Shown: positions 51,036 to 64,000 of the stretch, piece after piece | How positions within the stretch are numbered: position 1 is the stretch's first letter | Layout of the letters: each line of letters opens with the position of its first letter | Source of the DNA: Chrysomallon squamiferum | Lineage: Eukaryota; Animalia; Mollusca | DNA: 64,000 nucleotides | Direction: 5' to 3' | Assembly (NCBI GenBank): GCA_012295275.1 | Contig: CM022672.1 | Location: forward strand, 29,512,001 to 29,576,000 | The notes under the pieces: generated by a model | Seen by the model: the letters and a program-made list of their open reading frames with translations, nothing else | Database searches by the model: none | Told to the model about the DNA's origin: nothing | Position numbers and translations under genes: made by a program

Positions 51036-54000
51036 AACAATTTAGGTTTATGTTACACTATGCTTATTTAACAGCATGAGTCCTTCTGTGTTCCAGTATC
51101 GTTATTTAAATTGATGTCTTTCTACAATATAACAATATAAAATATGATACTTCAGTATGGTTTAACACGATAAATCTTGGTAGAATATAACAGTATATAT
51201 TATAATGAACTATTCTTATTTTATATGATCAAACTTTGAACTAGATAACAATATATATTTATTCTCTGGCATCTTTATTTAATACGACAACCTTTTGTTC
51301 AATATAACCTTATATATTTAACCACCAGTATGATTATTTAGCCTGATAAACTTTTGTACAGTATAACAATATATATTTATTTTACTTTATCATTATTTAA
51401 CACGATAAGTCGGTCTGGAAAATAACAATATATTTTTTGTTCCAGTATGGTTATTCACCCTTCTGAACCTTTATACATTATAACAATTTAGGTTTATGTT
51501 ACACTATGCTTATTTAACAGCATGAGTCCTTCTGTGTTCCAGTATCGTTATTTAAATTGATGTCTTTCTACAATATAACAATATAAAATGTGATACTTCA
51601 GTATGGTTTAACACGATAAATCTTGGTAGAATATAACAGTATATATTATAATGAACTATTCTTATTTTATATGATCAAACTTTGAACTAGATAACAATAT
51701 ATATTTATTCTCTGACATCTTTATTTAATAGGACAATCTTTTGTTCAATATAACCTTATATATTTAACCACCAGTATGATTATTTATCCTGATAAACTTT
51801 TGTACAGTATAACAATATATATTTATTTTATTTTATCATTATTTAACACGATAAGTCTTTTTACGAAATAACAATATATTTTTTGTTCCAGTATGGTTAT
51901 TCACCTTTCTGAACCTTTATACATTATAACAATTTAGGTTTATGTTACACTATGCTTATTTAACAGCATGAGTCCTTCTGTGTTCCAGTATCGTTATTTA
52001 AATTGATGTCTTTCTACAATATAACAATATAAAATATGATACTTCAGTATGGTTTAACACGATAAAATCTTGGTAGAATATAACAGTATATATTATAATG
52101 AACTATTCTTATTTTATATGATCAAACTTTGAACTAGATAACAATATATGTTTATTCTCTGGTATCTTTATTTAATACGACAATCTTTTGTTCAATATAA
52201 CCTTATATATTTAACCACCAGTATGATTATTTAGCCTGATAAACTTTTGTACAGTATAACAATATATATTTATTTTACTTTATCATTATTTAACACGATA
52301 AGTCGGTCTGGAAAATAACAATATATTTTTTGTTCCAGTATGGTTATTCACCCTTCTGAACCTTTATACATTATAACAATTTAGGTTTATGTTACACTAT
52401 GCTTATTTAACAGCATGAGTCCTTCTGTGTTCCAGTATCGTTATTTAAATTGATGTCTTTCTACAATATAACAATATAAAATATGATACTTCAGTATGGT
52501 TTAACACGATAAATCTTGGTAGAATATAACAGTATATATTATAATGAACTATTCTTATTTTATATGATCAAACTTTGAACTAGATAACAATATATATTTA
52601 TTCTCTGGTATCTTTATTTAATACGACAATCTTTTGTTCAATATAACCTTATATATTTAACCACCAGTATGATTATTTAGCCTGATAAACTTTTGTACAG
52701 TATAACAATATATATTTATTTTACTTTATCATTATTTAACACGATAAGTCGTTCTGGAAAATAACAATATATTTTTTGTTCCAGTATGGTTATTCACCTT
52801 TCTGAACCTTTATACAATATAACAATTTAGGTTTATGTTACACTATGCTTATTTAACAGCATGAGTCCTTCTGTGTTCCAGTATCGTTATTTAAATTGAT
52901 GTCTTTCTACAATATAACAATATAAATTGTGATACTTCAGTATGGTTTAACACGATAAATCTTGGTAGAATATAACAGTATATATTATAATGAACTATTC
53001 TTATTTTATATGATCAAACTTTGAACTAGATAACAATATATATTTATTCTCTGGTATCTTTATTTAATACGACAATCTTTTGTTCAATATAACCTTATAT
53101 ATTTAACCACCAGTATGATTATTTATCCTGATAAACTTTTGTACAGTATAACAATATATATTTATTTTACTTTATCATTATTTAACAGGATAAGTCTTTC
53201 AACGAAATAACAATATATTTTTTGTTCCAGTATGGTTATTCACCTTTCTGAACCTTTATACAGTATAACAATTTAGGTTTATGTTACATTATGCTTATTT
53301 AACAGCATGAGTCCTTCTGTGTTCCAGTATCGTTATTTAAATTGATGTCTTTCTACAATATAACAATATAAAATATGATACTTCAGTATGATTTAACACG
53401 ATAAATCTTGGTAACATATAACAGTATATATTATAATGAACTATTCTTATTTTACATGATCAAACCTTCAACTAGATAACAATATATATTTATTCTCTGG
53501 CATCTTTATTTAATACGACAACCTTTTGTTCAATATAACCTTATATATTTAACCACCAGTATGATTATTTAGCCTGATAAACTTTTGTACAGTATAACAA
53601 TATATATTTATTTTACTTTATCATTATTTAACACGATAAGTCGGTCTGGAAAATAACAATATATTTTTTGTTCCAGTATGGTTATTCACCCTTCTGAACC
53701 TTTATACATTATAACAATTTAGGTTTATGTTACACTATGCTTATTTAACAGCATGAGTCCTTCTGTGTTCCAGTATCGTTATTTAAATTGATGTCTTTCT
53801 ACAATATAACAATATAAAATGTGATACTTCAGTATGGTTTAACACGATAAATCTTGGTAGAATATAACAGTATATATTATAATGAACTATTCTTATTTTA
53901 TATGATCAAACTTTGAACTAGATAACAATATATATTTATTCTCTGGTATCTTTATTTAATACGACAATCTTTTGTTCAATATAACCTTATATATTTAACC

Positions 54001-57000
54001 ACCAGTATGATTATTTATCCTGATAAACTTTTGTACAGTATAACAATATATATTTATTTTACTTTATCATTATTTAACACGATAAGTCTTTCAACGAAAT
54101 AACAATATATTTTTTGTTCCAGTATGGTTATTCACCCTTCTGAACCTTTATACATTATAACAATTTAGGTTTATGTTACACTATGCTTATTTAACAGCAT
54201 GAGTCCTTCTGTGTTCCAGTATCGTTATTTAAATTGATGTCTTTCTACAATATAACAATATAAAATGTGATACTTCAGTATGGTTTAACACGATAAATCT
54301 TGGTAACATATAACAGTATATATTATAATGAACTATTCTTATTTTATATGATCAAACTTTGAACTAGATAACAATATATATTTATTCTCTGGCATCTTTA
54401 TTTAATACGACAACCTTTTGTTCAATATAACCTTATATATTTAACCACCAGTATGATTATTTAGCCTGATAAACTTTTGTACAGTATAACAATATATATT
54501 TATTTTACTTTATCATTATTTAACACGATAAGTCTTTCTGGAAAATAACAATATATTTTTTGTTCCAGTATGGTTATTCACCCTTCTGAACCTTTATACA
54601 TTATAACAATTTAGGTTTATGTTACACTATGCTTATTTAACAGCATGAGTCCTTCTGTGTTCCAGTATCGTTATTTAAATTGATGTCTTTCTACAATATA
54701 ACAATATAAAATGTGATACTTCAGTATGGTTTAACACGATAAATCTTGGTAGAATATAACAGTATATATTATAATGAACTATTCTTATTTTATATGATCA
54801 AACTTTGAACTAGATAACAATATATGTTTATTCTCTGGTATCTTTATTTAATACGACAATCTTTTGTTCAATATAACCTTATATATTTAACCACCAGTAT
54901 GATTATTTATCCTGATAAACTTTTGTACAGTATAACAATATATATTTATTTTACTTTATCATTATTTAACACGATAAGTCTTTCAACGAAATAACAATAT
55001 ATTTTTTGTTCCAGTATGGTTATTCACCCTTCTGAACCTTTATACATTATAACAATTTAGGTTTATGTTACACTATGCTTATTTAACAGCATGAGTCCTT
55101 CTGTGTTCCAGTATCGTTATTTAAATTGATGTCTTTCTACAATATAACAATATAAAATGTGATACTTCAGTATGGTTTAACACGATAAATCTTGGTAGAA
55201 TATAACAGTATATATTATAATGAACTATTCTTATTTTATATGATCAAACTTTGAACTAGATAACAATATATATTTATTCTCTGACATCTTTATTTAATAG
55301 GACAATCTTTTGTTCAATATAACCTTATATATTTAACCACCAGTATGATTATTTATCCTGATAAACTTTTGTACAGTATAACAATATATATTTATTTTAC
55401 TTTATCATTATTTAACAGGATAAGTCTTTCTATATATTTATTTTACTTTAACAAATAAGTAACGAAATAACAATATATTTTTTGTTCCAGTATGGTTATT
55501 CACCTTTCTGAACCTTTATACAGTATAACAATTTAGGTTTATGTTACATTATGCTTATTTAACAGCATGAGTCCTTCTGTGTTCCAGTATCGTTATTTAA
55601 ATTGATGTCTTTCTACAATATAACAATATAAAATATGATACTTCAGTATGATTTAACACGATAAATCTTGGTAACATATAACAGTATATATTATAATGAA
55701 CTATTCTTATTTTACATGATCAAACCTTCAACTAGATAACAATATATATTTATTCTCTGGCATCTTTATTTAATACGACAACCTTTTGTTCAATATAACC
55801 TTATATATTTAACCACCAGTATGATTATTTAGCCTGATAAACTTTTGTACAGTATAACAATATATATTTATTTTACTTTATCATTATTTAATACGATAAG
55901 TCTTTGTACGAAATAGCAATATATTTTTTGTTCCAGTATGGTTATTCACCTTTCTGAACCTTTATACAATATAACAATTTACGTTTATGTTACACTATGC
56001 TTATTTAACAGCATGAGTCCTTCTGTGTTCCAGTATCGTTATTTAAATTGATGTCTTTCTACAATATAACAATATAAATTGTGATACTTCAGTATGGTTT
56101 AACACGATAAATCTTGGTAGAATATAACAGTATATATTATAATGAACTATTCTTATTTTATATGATCAAACTTTGAACTAGATAACAATATATATTTATT
56201 CTCTGACATCTTTATTTAATAGGACAATCTTTTGTTCAATATAACCTTATATATTTAACCATATATTTAACCACCAGTATGATTATTTATCCTGATAGAC
56301 TTTTGTACAGTATAACAATATATATTTATTTTACTTTATCATTATTTAACAGGATAAGTCTTTCAACGAAATAACAATATATTTTTTGTTCCAGTATGGT
56401 TATTCACCTTTCTGAACCTTTATACAGTATAACAATTTAGGTTTATGTTACATTATGCTTATTTAACAGCATGAGTCCTTCTGTGTTCCAGTATCGTTAT
56501 TTAAATTGATGTCTTTCTACAATATAACAATATAAAATATGATACTTCAGTATGATTTAACACGATAAATCTTGGTAACATATAACAGTATATATTATAA
56601 TGAACTATTCTTATTTTACATGATCAAACCTTCAACTAGATAACAATATATATTTATTCTCTGGCATCTTTATTTAATACGACAACCTTTTGTTCAATAT
56701 AACCTTATATATTTAACCACCAGTATGATTATTTAGCCTGATAAACCTTTGTACAGTATAACAATATATATTTATTTTACTTTATCATTATTTAACACGA
56801 TAAGTCGGTCTGGAAAATAACAATATATTTTTTGTTCCAGTATGGTTATTCACCCTTCTGAACCTTTATACATTATAACAATTTAGGTTTATGTTACACT
56901 ATGCTTATTTAACAGCATGAGTCCTTCTGTGTTCCAGTATCGTTATTTAAATTGATGTCTTTCTACAATATAACAATATAAAATGTGATACTTCAGTATG

Positions 57001-60000
57001 GTTTAACACGATAAATCTTGGTAGAATATAACAGTATATATTATAATGAACTATTCTTATTTTATATGATCAAACTTTGAACTAGATAACAATATATATT
57101 TATTCTCTGGTATCTTTATTTAATACGACAATCTTTTGTTCAATATAACCTTATATATTTAACCACCAGTATGATTATTTAGCCTGATAAACTTTTGTAC
57201 AGTATAACAATATATATTTATTTTACTTTATCATTATTTAACACGATAAGTCTTTCTACGAAATAACAATATATTTTTTGTTCCAGTATGGTTATTCACC
57301 TTTCTGAACCTTTATACATTATAACAATTTAGGTTTATGTTACACTATGCTTATTTAACAGCATGAGTCCTTCTGTGTTCCAGTATCGTTATTTAAATTG
57401 ATGTCTTTCTACAATATAACAATATAAAATGTGATACTTCAGTATGGTTTAACACGATAAATCTTGGTAGAATATAACAGTATATATTATAATGAACTAT
57501 TCTTATTTTATATGATCAAACTTTGAACTAGATAACAATATATATTTATTCTCTGGTATCTTTATTTAATACGACAATCTTTTTGTTCAATATAACCTTA
57601 TATATTTAACCACCAGTATGATTATTTTATTTGATAAACTTTTTGTACAGTATAACAATATATATTTATTTTACTTTATCATTATTTAACAGGATAAGTC
57701 TTTCAACGAAATAACAATATATTTTTTGTTCCAGTATGGTTATTCACCTTTCTGAACCTTTATACAGTATAACAATTTAGGTTTATGTTACATTATGCTT
57801 ATTTAACAGCATGAGTCCTTCTGTGTTCCAGTATCGTTATTTAAATTGATGTCTTTCTACAATATAACAATATAAAATATGATACTTCAGTATGATTTAA
57901 CACGATAAATCTTGGTAACATATAACAGTATATATTATAATGAACTATTCTTATTTTACATGAACAAACCTTCAACTAGATAACAATATATATTTATTCT
58001 CTGGCATCTTTATTTAATACGACAACCTTTTGTTCAATATAACCTTATATATTTAACCACCAGTATGATTATTTAGCCTGATAAACTTTTGTACAGTATA
58101 ACAATATATATTTATTTTACTTTATCATTATTTAACACGATAAGTCTGTCTGGAAAATAACAATATATTTTTTGTTCCAGTATGGTTATTCACCCTTCTG
58201 AACCTTTATACATTATAACAATTTAGGTTTATGTTACACTATGCTTATTTAACAGCATGAGTCCTTCTGTGTTCCAGTATCGTTATTTAAATTGATGTCT
58301 TTCTACAATATAACAATATAAAATTGTGATACTTCAGTATGGTTTAACACGATAAATCTTGGTAGAATATAACAGTATATATTATAATGAACTATTCTTA
58401 TTTTATATGATCAAACTTTGAACTAGATAACAATATATATTTATTCTCTGACATCTTTATTTAATATCTTTATTTAATATCTTTATTTAATAGACATCAT
58501 GTTATTTGTTCAATATTTTGTTCAATATAACCTTATATATTTAACCACCAGTATGATTATTTATCCTGATAAACTTTTGTACAGTATAACAATATATATT
58601 TATTTTATTTTATCATTATTTAATACGATAAGTCTTTGTACGAAATAGCAATATATTTTTTGTTCCAGTATGGTTATTCACCTTTCTGAACCTTTATACA
58701 ATATAACAATTTACGTTTTTGTTACACTATGCTTATTTAACAGCATGAGCCCTTCTGTGTTCCAGTATCGTTATTTAAATTGATGTCTTTCTACAATATA
58801 ACAATATAAAATGTGATACTTCAGTATGGTTTAACACGATAAATCTTGGTAGAATATAACAGTATATATTATAATGAACTATTCTTATTTTATATGATCA
58901 AACTTTGAACTAGATAACAATATATATTTATTCTCTGGTATCTTTATTTAATACGACAACCTTTTGTTCAATATAACCTTATATATTTAACCACCAGTAT
59001 GATTATTTAGCCTGATAAACTTTTGTAGAGTATAACAATATATATTTATTTTACTTTATCATTATTTAATACGATAAGTCTTTTTACGAAATAACAATAT
59101 ATTTTTTGTTCCAGTATGGTTATTCACCTTTCTGAACCTTTATACAATATAACAATTTACGTTTTTGTTACACTATGCTTATTTAACAGCATGAGTCCTT
59201 CTGTGTTCCAGTATCGTTATTTAAATTGATGTCTTTCTACAATATAACAATATAAAATGTGATACTTCAGTATGGTTTAACACGATAAATCTTGGTAGAA
59301 TATAACAGTATATATTATAATGAACTATTCTTATTTTATATGATCAAACTTTGAACTAGATAACAATATATATTTATTCTCTGGTATCTTTATTTAATAC
59401 GACAATCTTTTGTTCAATATAACCTTATATATTTAACCACCAGTATGATTATTTATCCTGATAAACTTTTGTACAGTATAACAATATATATTTATTTTAC
59501 TTTATCATTATTTAACACGATAAGTCTTTCTACGAAATAACAATATATTTTTTGTTCCAGTATGGTTATTCACCTTTCTGAACCTTTATACAGTATAACA
59601 ATTTAGGTTTATGTTACACTATGCTTATTTAACAGCATGAGTCCTTCTGTGTTCCAGTATCGTTATTTAAATTGATGTCTTTCTACAATATAACAATATA
59701 AAATATGATACTTCAGTATGGTTTAACACGATAAATCTTGGTAACATATAACAGTATATATTATAATGAACTATTCTTATTTTATATGATCAAACTTTGA
59801 ACTAGATAACAATATATATTTATTCTCTGGCATCTTTATTTAATACGACAACCTTTTGTTCAATATAACCTTATATATTTAACCACCAGTATGATTATTT
59901 AGCCTGATAAACTTTTGTACAGTATAACAATATATATTTATTTTACTTTATCATTATTTAACACGATAAGTCTTTCTGGAAAATAACAATATATTTTTTG

Positions 60001-63000
60001 TTCCAGTATGGTTATTCACCCTTCTGAACCTTTATACATTATAACAATTTAGGTTTATGTTACACTATGCTTATTTAACAGCATGAGTCCTTCTGTGTTC
60101 CAGTATCGTTATTTAAATTGATGTCTTTCTACAATATAACAATATAAATTGTGATACTTCAGTATGGTTTAACACGATAAATCTTGGTAGAATATAACAG
60201 TATATATTATAATGAACTATTCTTATTTTATATGATCAAACTTTGAACTAGATAACAATATATATTTATTCTCTAATATCTTTATTTAATAGGACAATCT
60301 TTTGTTCAATATAACCTTATATATTTAACCACCAGTATGATTATTTATCCTGATAGACTTTTGTACAGTATAACAATATATATTTATTTTACTTTATCAT
60401 TATTTAACACGATAAGTCGGTCTGGAAAATAACAATATATTTTTTGTTCCAGTATGGTTATTCACCCTTCTGAACCTTTATACATTATAACAATTTAGGT
60501 TTATGTTACACTATGCTTATTTAACAGCATGAGTCCTTCTGTGTTCCAGTATCGTTATTTAAATTGATGTCTTTCTACAATATAACAATATAAATTGTGA
60601 TACTTCAGTATGGTTTAACACGATAAATCTTGGTAGAATATAACAGTATATATTATAATGAACTATTCTTATTTTATATGATCAAACTTTGAACTAGATA
60701 ACAATATATATTTATTCTCTGGCATCTTTATTTAATACGACAACCTTTTGTTCAATATAACCTTATATATTTAACCACCAGTATGATTATTTAGCCTGAT
60801 AAACTTTTGTACAGTATAACAATATATATTTATTTTACTTTATCATTATTTAACACGATAAGTCGGTCTGGAAAATAACAATATATTTTTTGTTCCAGTA
60901 TGGTTATTCACCCTTCTGAACCTTTATACATTATAACAATTTAGGTTTATGTTACACTATGCTTATTTAACAGCATGAGTCCTTCTGTGTTCCAGTATCG
61001 TTATTTAAATTGATGTCTTTCTACAATATAACAATATAAAATGTGATACTTCAGTATGGTTTAACACGATAAATCTTGGTAGAATATAACAGTATATATT
61101 ATAATGAACTATTCTTATTTTATATGATCAAACTTTGAACTAGATAACAATATATATTTATTCTCTGGTATCTTTATTTAATACGACAATCTTTTGTTCA
61201 ATATAACCTTATATATATAACCACCAGTATGATTATTTAGCCTGATAAACCTTTGTACAGTATAACAATATATATTTATTTTACTTTATCATTATTTAAC
61301 ACGATAAGTCGGTCTGGAAAATAACAATATATTTTTTGTTCCAGTATGGTTATTCACCCTTCTGAACCTTTATACATTATAACAATTTAGGTTTATGTTA
61401 CACTATGCTTATTTAACAGCATGAGTCCTTCTGTGTTCCAGTATCGTTATTTAAATTGATGTCTTTCTACAATATAACAATATAAAATGTGATACTTCAG
61501 TATGGTTTAACACGATAAATCTTGGTAGAATATAACAGTATATATTATAATGAACTATTCTTATTTTATATGATCAAACTTTGAACTAGATAACAATATA
61601 TATTTATTCTCTGACATCTTTATTTAATAGGACAATCTTTTGTTCAATATAACCTTATATATTTAACCACCAGTATGATTATTTATTTAGCCTGATAGAA
61701 CTTTTACAGTATAACAATATATATTTATTTTTTTTATTTTACTTTATCATTATTTAACACGATAAGTCTTTCTGGAAAATAAATAACAATATATTTTTTG
61801 TTCCAGTATGGTTATTCACCTTTCTGAACCTTTATACATTATAACAATTTAGGTTTATGTTACACTATGCTTATTTAACAGCATGAGTCCTTCTGTGTTC
61901 CAGTATCGTTATTTAAATTGATGTCTTTCTACAATATAACAATATAAAATGTGATACTTCAGTATGGTTTAACACGATAAATCTTGGTAACATATAACAG
62001 TATATATTATAATGAACTATTCTTATTTTATATGATCAAACTTTGAACTAGATAACAATATATATTTATTCTCTGGCATCTTTATTTAATACGACAACCT
62101 TTTGTTCAATATAACCTTATATATTTAACCACCAGTATGATTATTTAGCCTGATAAACTTTTGTACAGTATAACAATATATATTTATTTTACTTTATCAT
62201 TATTTAACACGATAAGTCGGTCTGGAAAATAACAATATATTTTTTGTTCCAGTATGGTTATTCACCCTTCTGAACCTTTATACATTATAACAATTTAGGT
62301 TTATGTTACACTATGCTTATTTAACAGCATGAGTCCTTCTGTGTTCCAGTATCGTTATTTAAATTGATGTCTTTCTACAATATAACAATATAAAATGTGA
62401 TACTTCAGTATGGTTTAACACGATAAATCTTGGTAGAATATAACAGTATATATTATAATGAACTATTCTTATTTTATATGATCAAACTTTGAACTAGATA
62501 ACAATATATGTTTATTCTCTGGTATCTTTATTTAATACGACAATCTTTTGTTCAATATAACCTTATATATTTAACCACCAGTATGATTATTTAGCCTGAT
62601 AAACTTTTGTACAGTATAACAATATATATTTATTTTACTTTATCATTATTTAACACGATAAGTCTTTCTGGAAAATAACAATATATTTTTTGTTCCAGTA
62701 TGGTTATTCACCCTTCTGAACCTTTATACATTATAACAATTTAGGTTTATGTTACACTATGCTTATTTAACAGCATGAGTCCTTCTGTGTTCCAGTATCG
62801 TTATTTAAATTGATGTCTTTCTACAATATAACAATATAAAATATGATACCTTCAGTATGATTTAACACGATAAATCTTGGTAACATATAACAGTATATAT
62901 TATAATGAACTATTCTTATTTTATATGATCAAACTTTGAACTAGATAACAATATATGTTTATTCTCTGGTATCTTTATTTAATACGACAATCTTTTGTTC

Positions 63001-64000
63001 AATATAACCTTATATATGTAACCACCAGTATGATTATTTAGCCTGATAAACCTTTGTACAGTATAACAATATATATTTATTTTACTTTATCATTATTTAA
63101 CACGATAAGTCGGTCTGGAAAATAACAATATATTTTTTGTTCCAGTATGGTTATTCACCCTTCTGAACCTTTATACATTATAACAATTTAGGTTTATGTT
63201 ACACTATGCTTATTTAACAGCATGAGTCCTTCTGTGTTCCAGTATCGTTATTTAAATTGATGTCTTTCTACAATATAACAATATAAAATGTGATACTTCA
63301 GTATGGTTTAACACGATAAATCTTGGTAGAATATAACAGTATATATTATAATGAACTATTCTTATTTTATATGATCAAACTTTGAAGTAGATAACAATAT
63401 GTGTTTATTCTCTGGTATCTTTATTTAATACGACAATCTTTTGTTCAATATAACCTTATATATTTAACCACCAGTATGATTATTTATCCTGATAAACTTT
63501 TGTACAGTATAACAATATATATTTATTTTACTTTATCATTATTTAACACGATAAGTCTTTCTTTTTTGAAAATAACAATATATTTTTTTTCCAGTATGGT
63601 TATTCACCTTTCTGAACCTTTATACAATATAACAATTTAGGTTTTTGTTACACTATGCTTATTTAACAGCATGAGTCCTTCTGTGTTCCAGTATCGTTAT
63701 TTAAATTGATGTCTTTCTACAATATAACAATATAAAATATGATACTTCAGTATGATTTAACACGATAAATCTTGGTAACATATAACAGTATATATTATAA
63801 TGAACTATTCTTATTTTATATGATCAAACCTTCAACTAGATAACAATATATATTTATTCTCTGGCATCTTTATTTAATACGACAACCTTTTGTTCAATAT
63901 AACCTTATATATTTAACCACCAGTATGATTATTTAGCCTGATAAACCTTTTGTACAGTATAACAATATATATTTATTTTACTTTATCATTATTTAACACG

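Larger units (their letters stand above)
35060..64000. repeat. Higher-order satellite array: 446-bp unit of 8 monomers (59,55,59,59,59,58,59,38), with 330-bp 6-mer variants near the edge; about 60+ units; continues past the window
   Basis: Landmark gagtccttc at 38246, 38692, 39138 (446 spacing); hand-parsed monomer lengths sum to 446; 330-bp units at 35816-36145 and 37485-37814. Confidence 0.96.

Noticed and set aside
50794-51045. ORFs spanning the N run
   Set aside because: Artifacts of the gap and adapter.
55430-58520. Short local duplications in the array (~55430-55460, 56260-56270, 58455-58520)
   Set aside because: Stutter-like and unique; likely consensus errors in an ONT-derived, possibly collapsed repeat.
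33816-64000. CRISPR-like reading of the array (conserved repeats with a variable patch)
   Set aside because: The variable patch toggles among a few recurring alleles rather than unique spacers; no cas genes; eukaryotic context. It is satellite DNA.

Overview
AT-rich animal genomic DNA (invertebrate-like; a mollusc is plausible from repeat content but not provable) running from the end of a gene, through a nested transposon stack, into a large satellite array. 0.4-2.0 kb: last three coding exons of PYROXD2, with a duplicated splice acceptor. 3.4-7.0 kb: a hAT-type MITE and an internally deleted Academ transposon with intact TIRs and a 3-bp TSD. 9-22 kb: nested, decayed elements (Sola2-like, hAT, Kolobok, a Tx1/Keno-like LINE fused to the first 19 nt of a U2 snRNA gene and its promoter, and a Buster/Charlie hAT). 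27.9-28.1 kb: a full-length variant U1 snRNA gene (minus strand) with an altered 5' splice-site-pairing arm and an altered U1-70K loop; it shares a PSE-like motif at -59/-60 with the U2 stubs. 28.9-33.8 kb: an RNase H-bearing I/Nimb-type LINE broken by a second U2-Keno copy and by an inversion with an inverted duplication at its breakpoints. 33.8-64 kb: a satellite of ~59-bp monomers grading from divergent monomers, through 330-bp 6-mers, to a homogeneous 446-bp 8-mer higher-order repeat. It contains a 200-N gap followed by an untrimmed Oxford Nanopore adapter. All calls come from reading the sequence; no searches were run.
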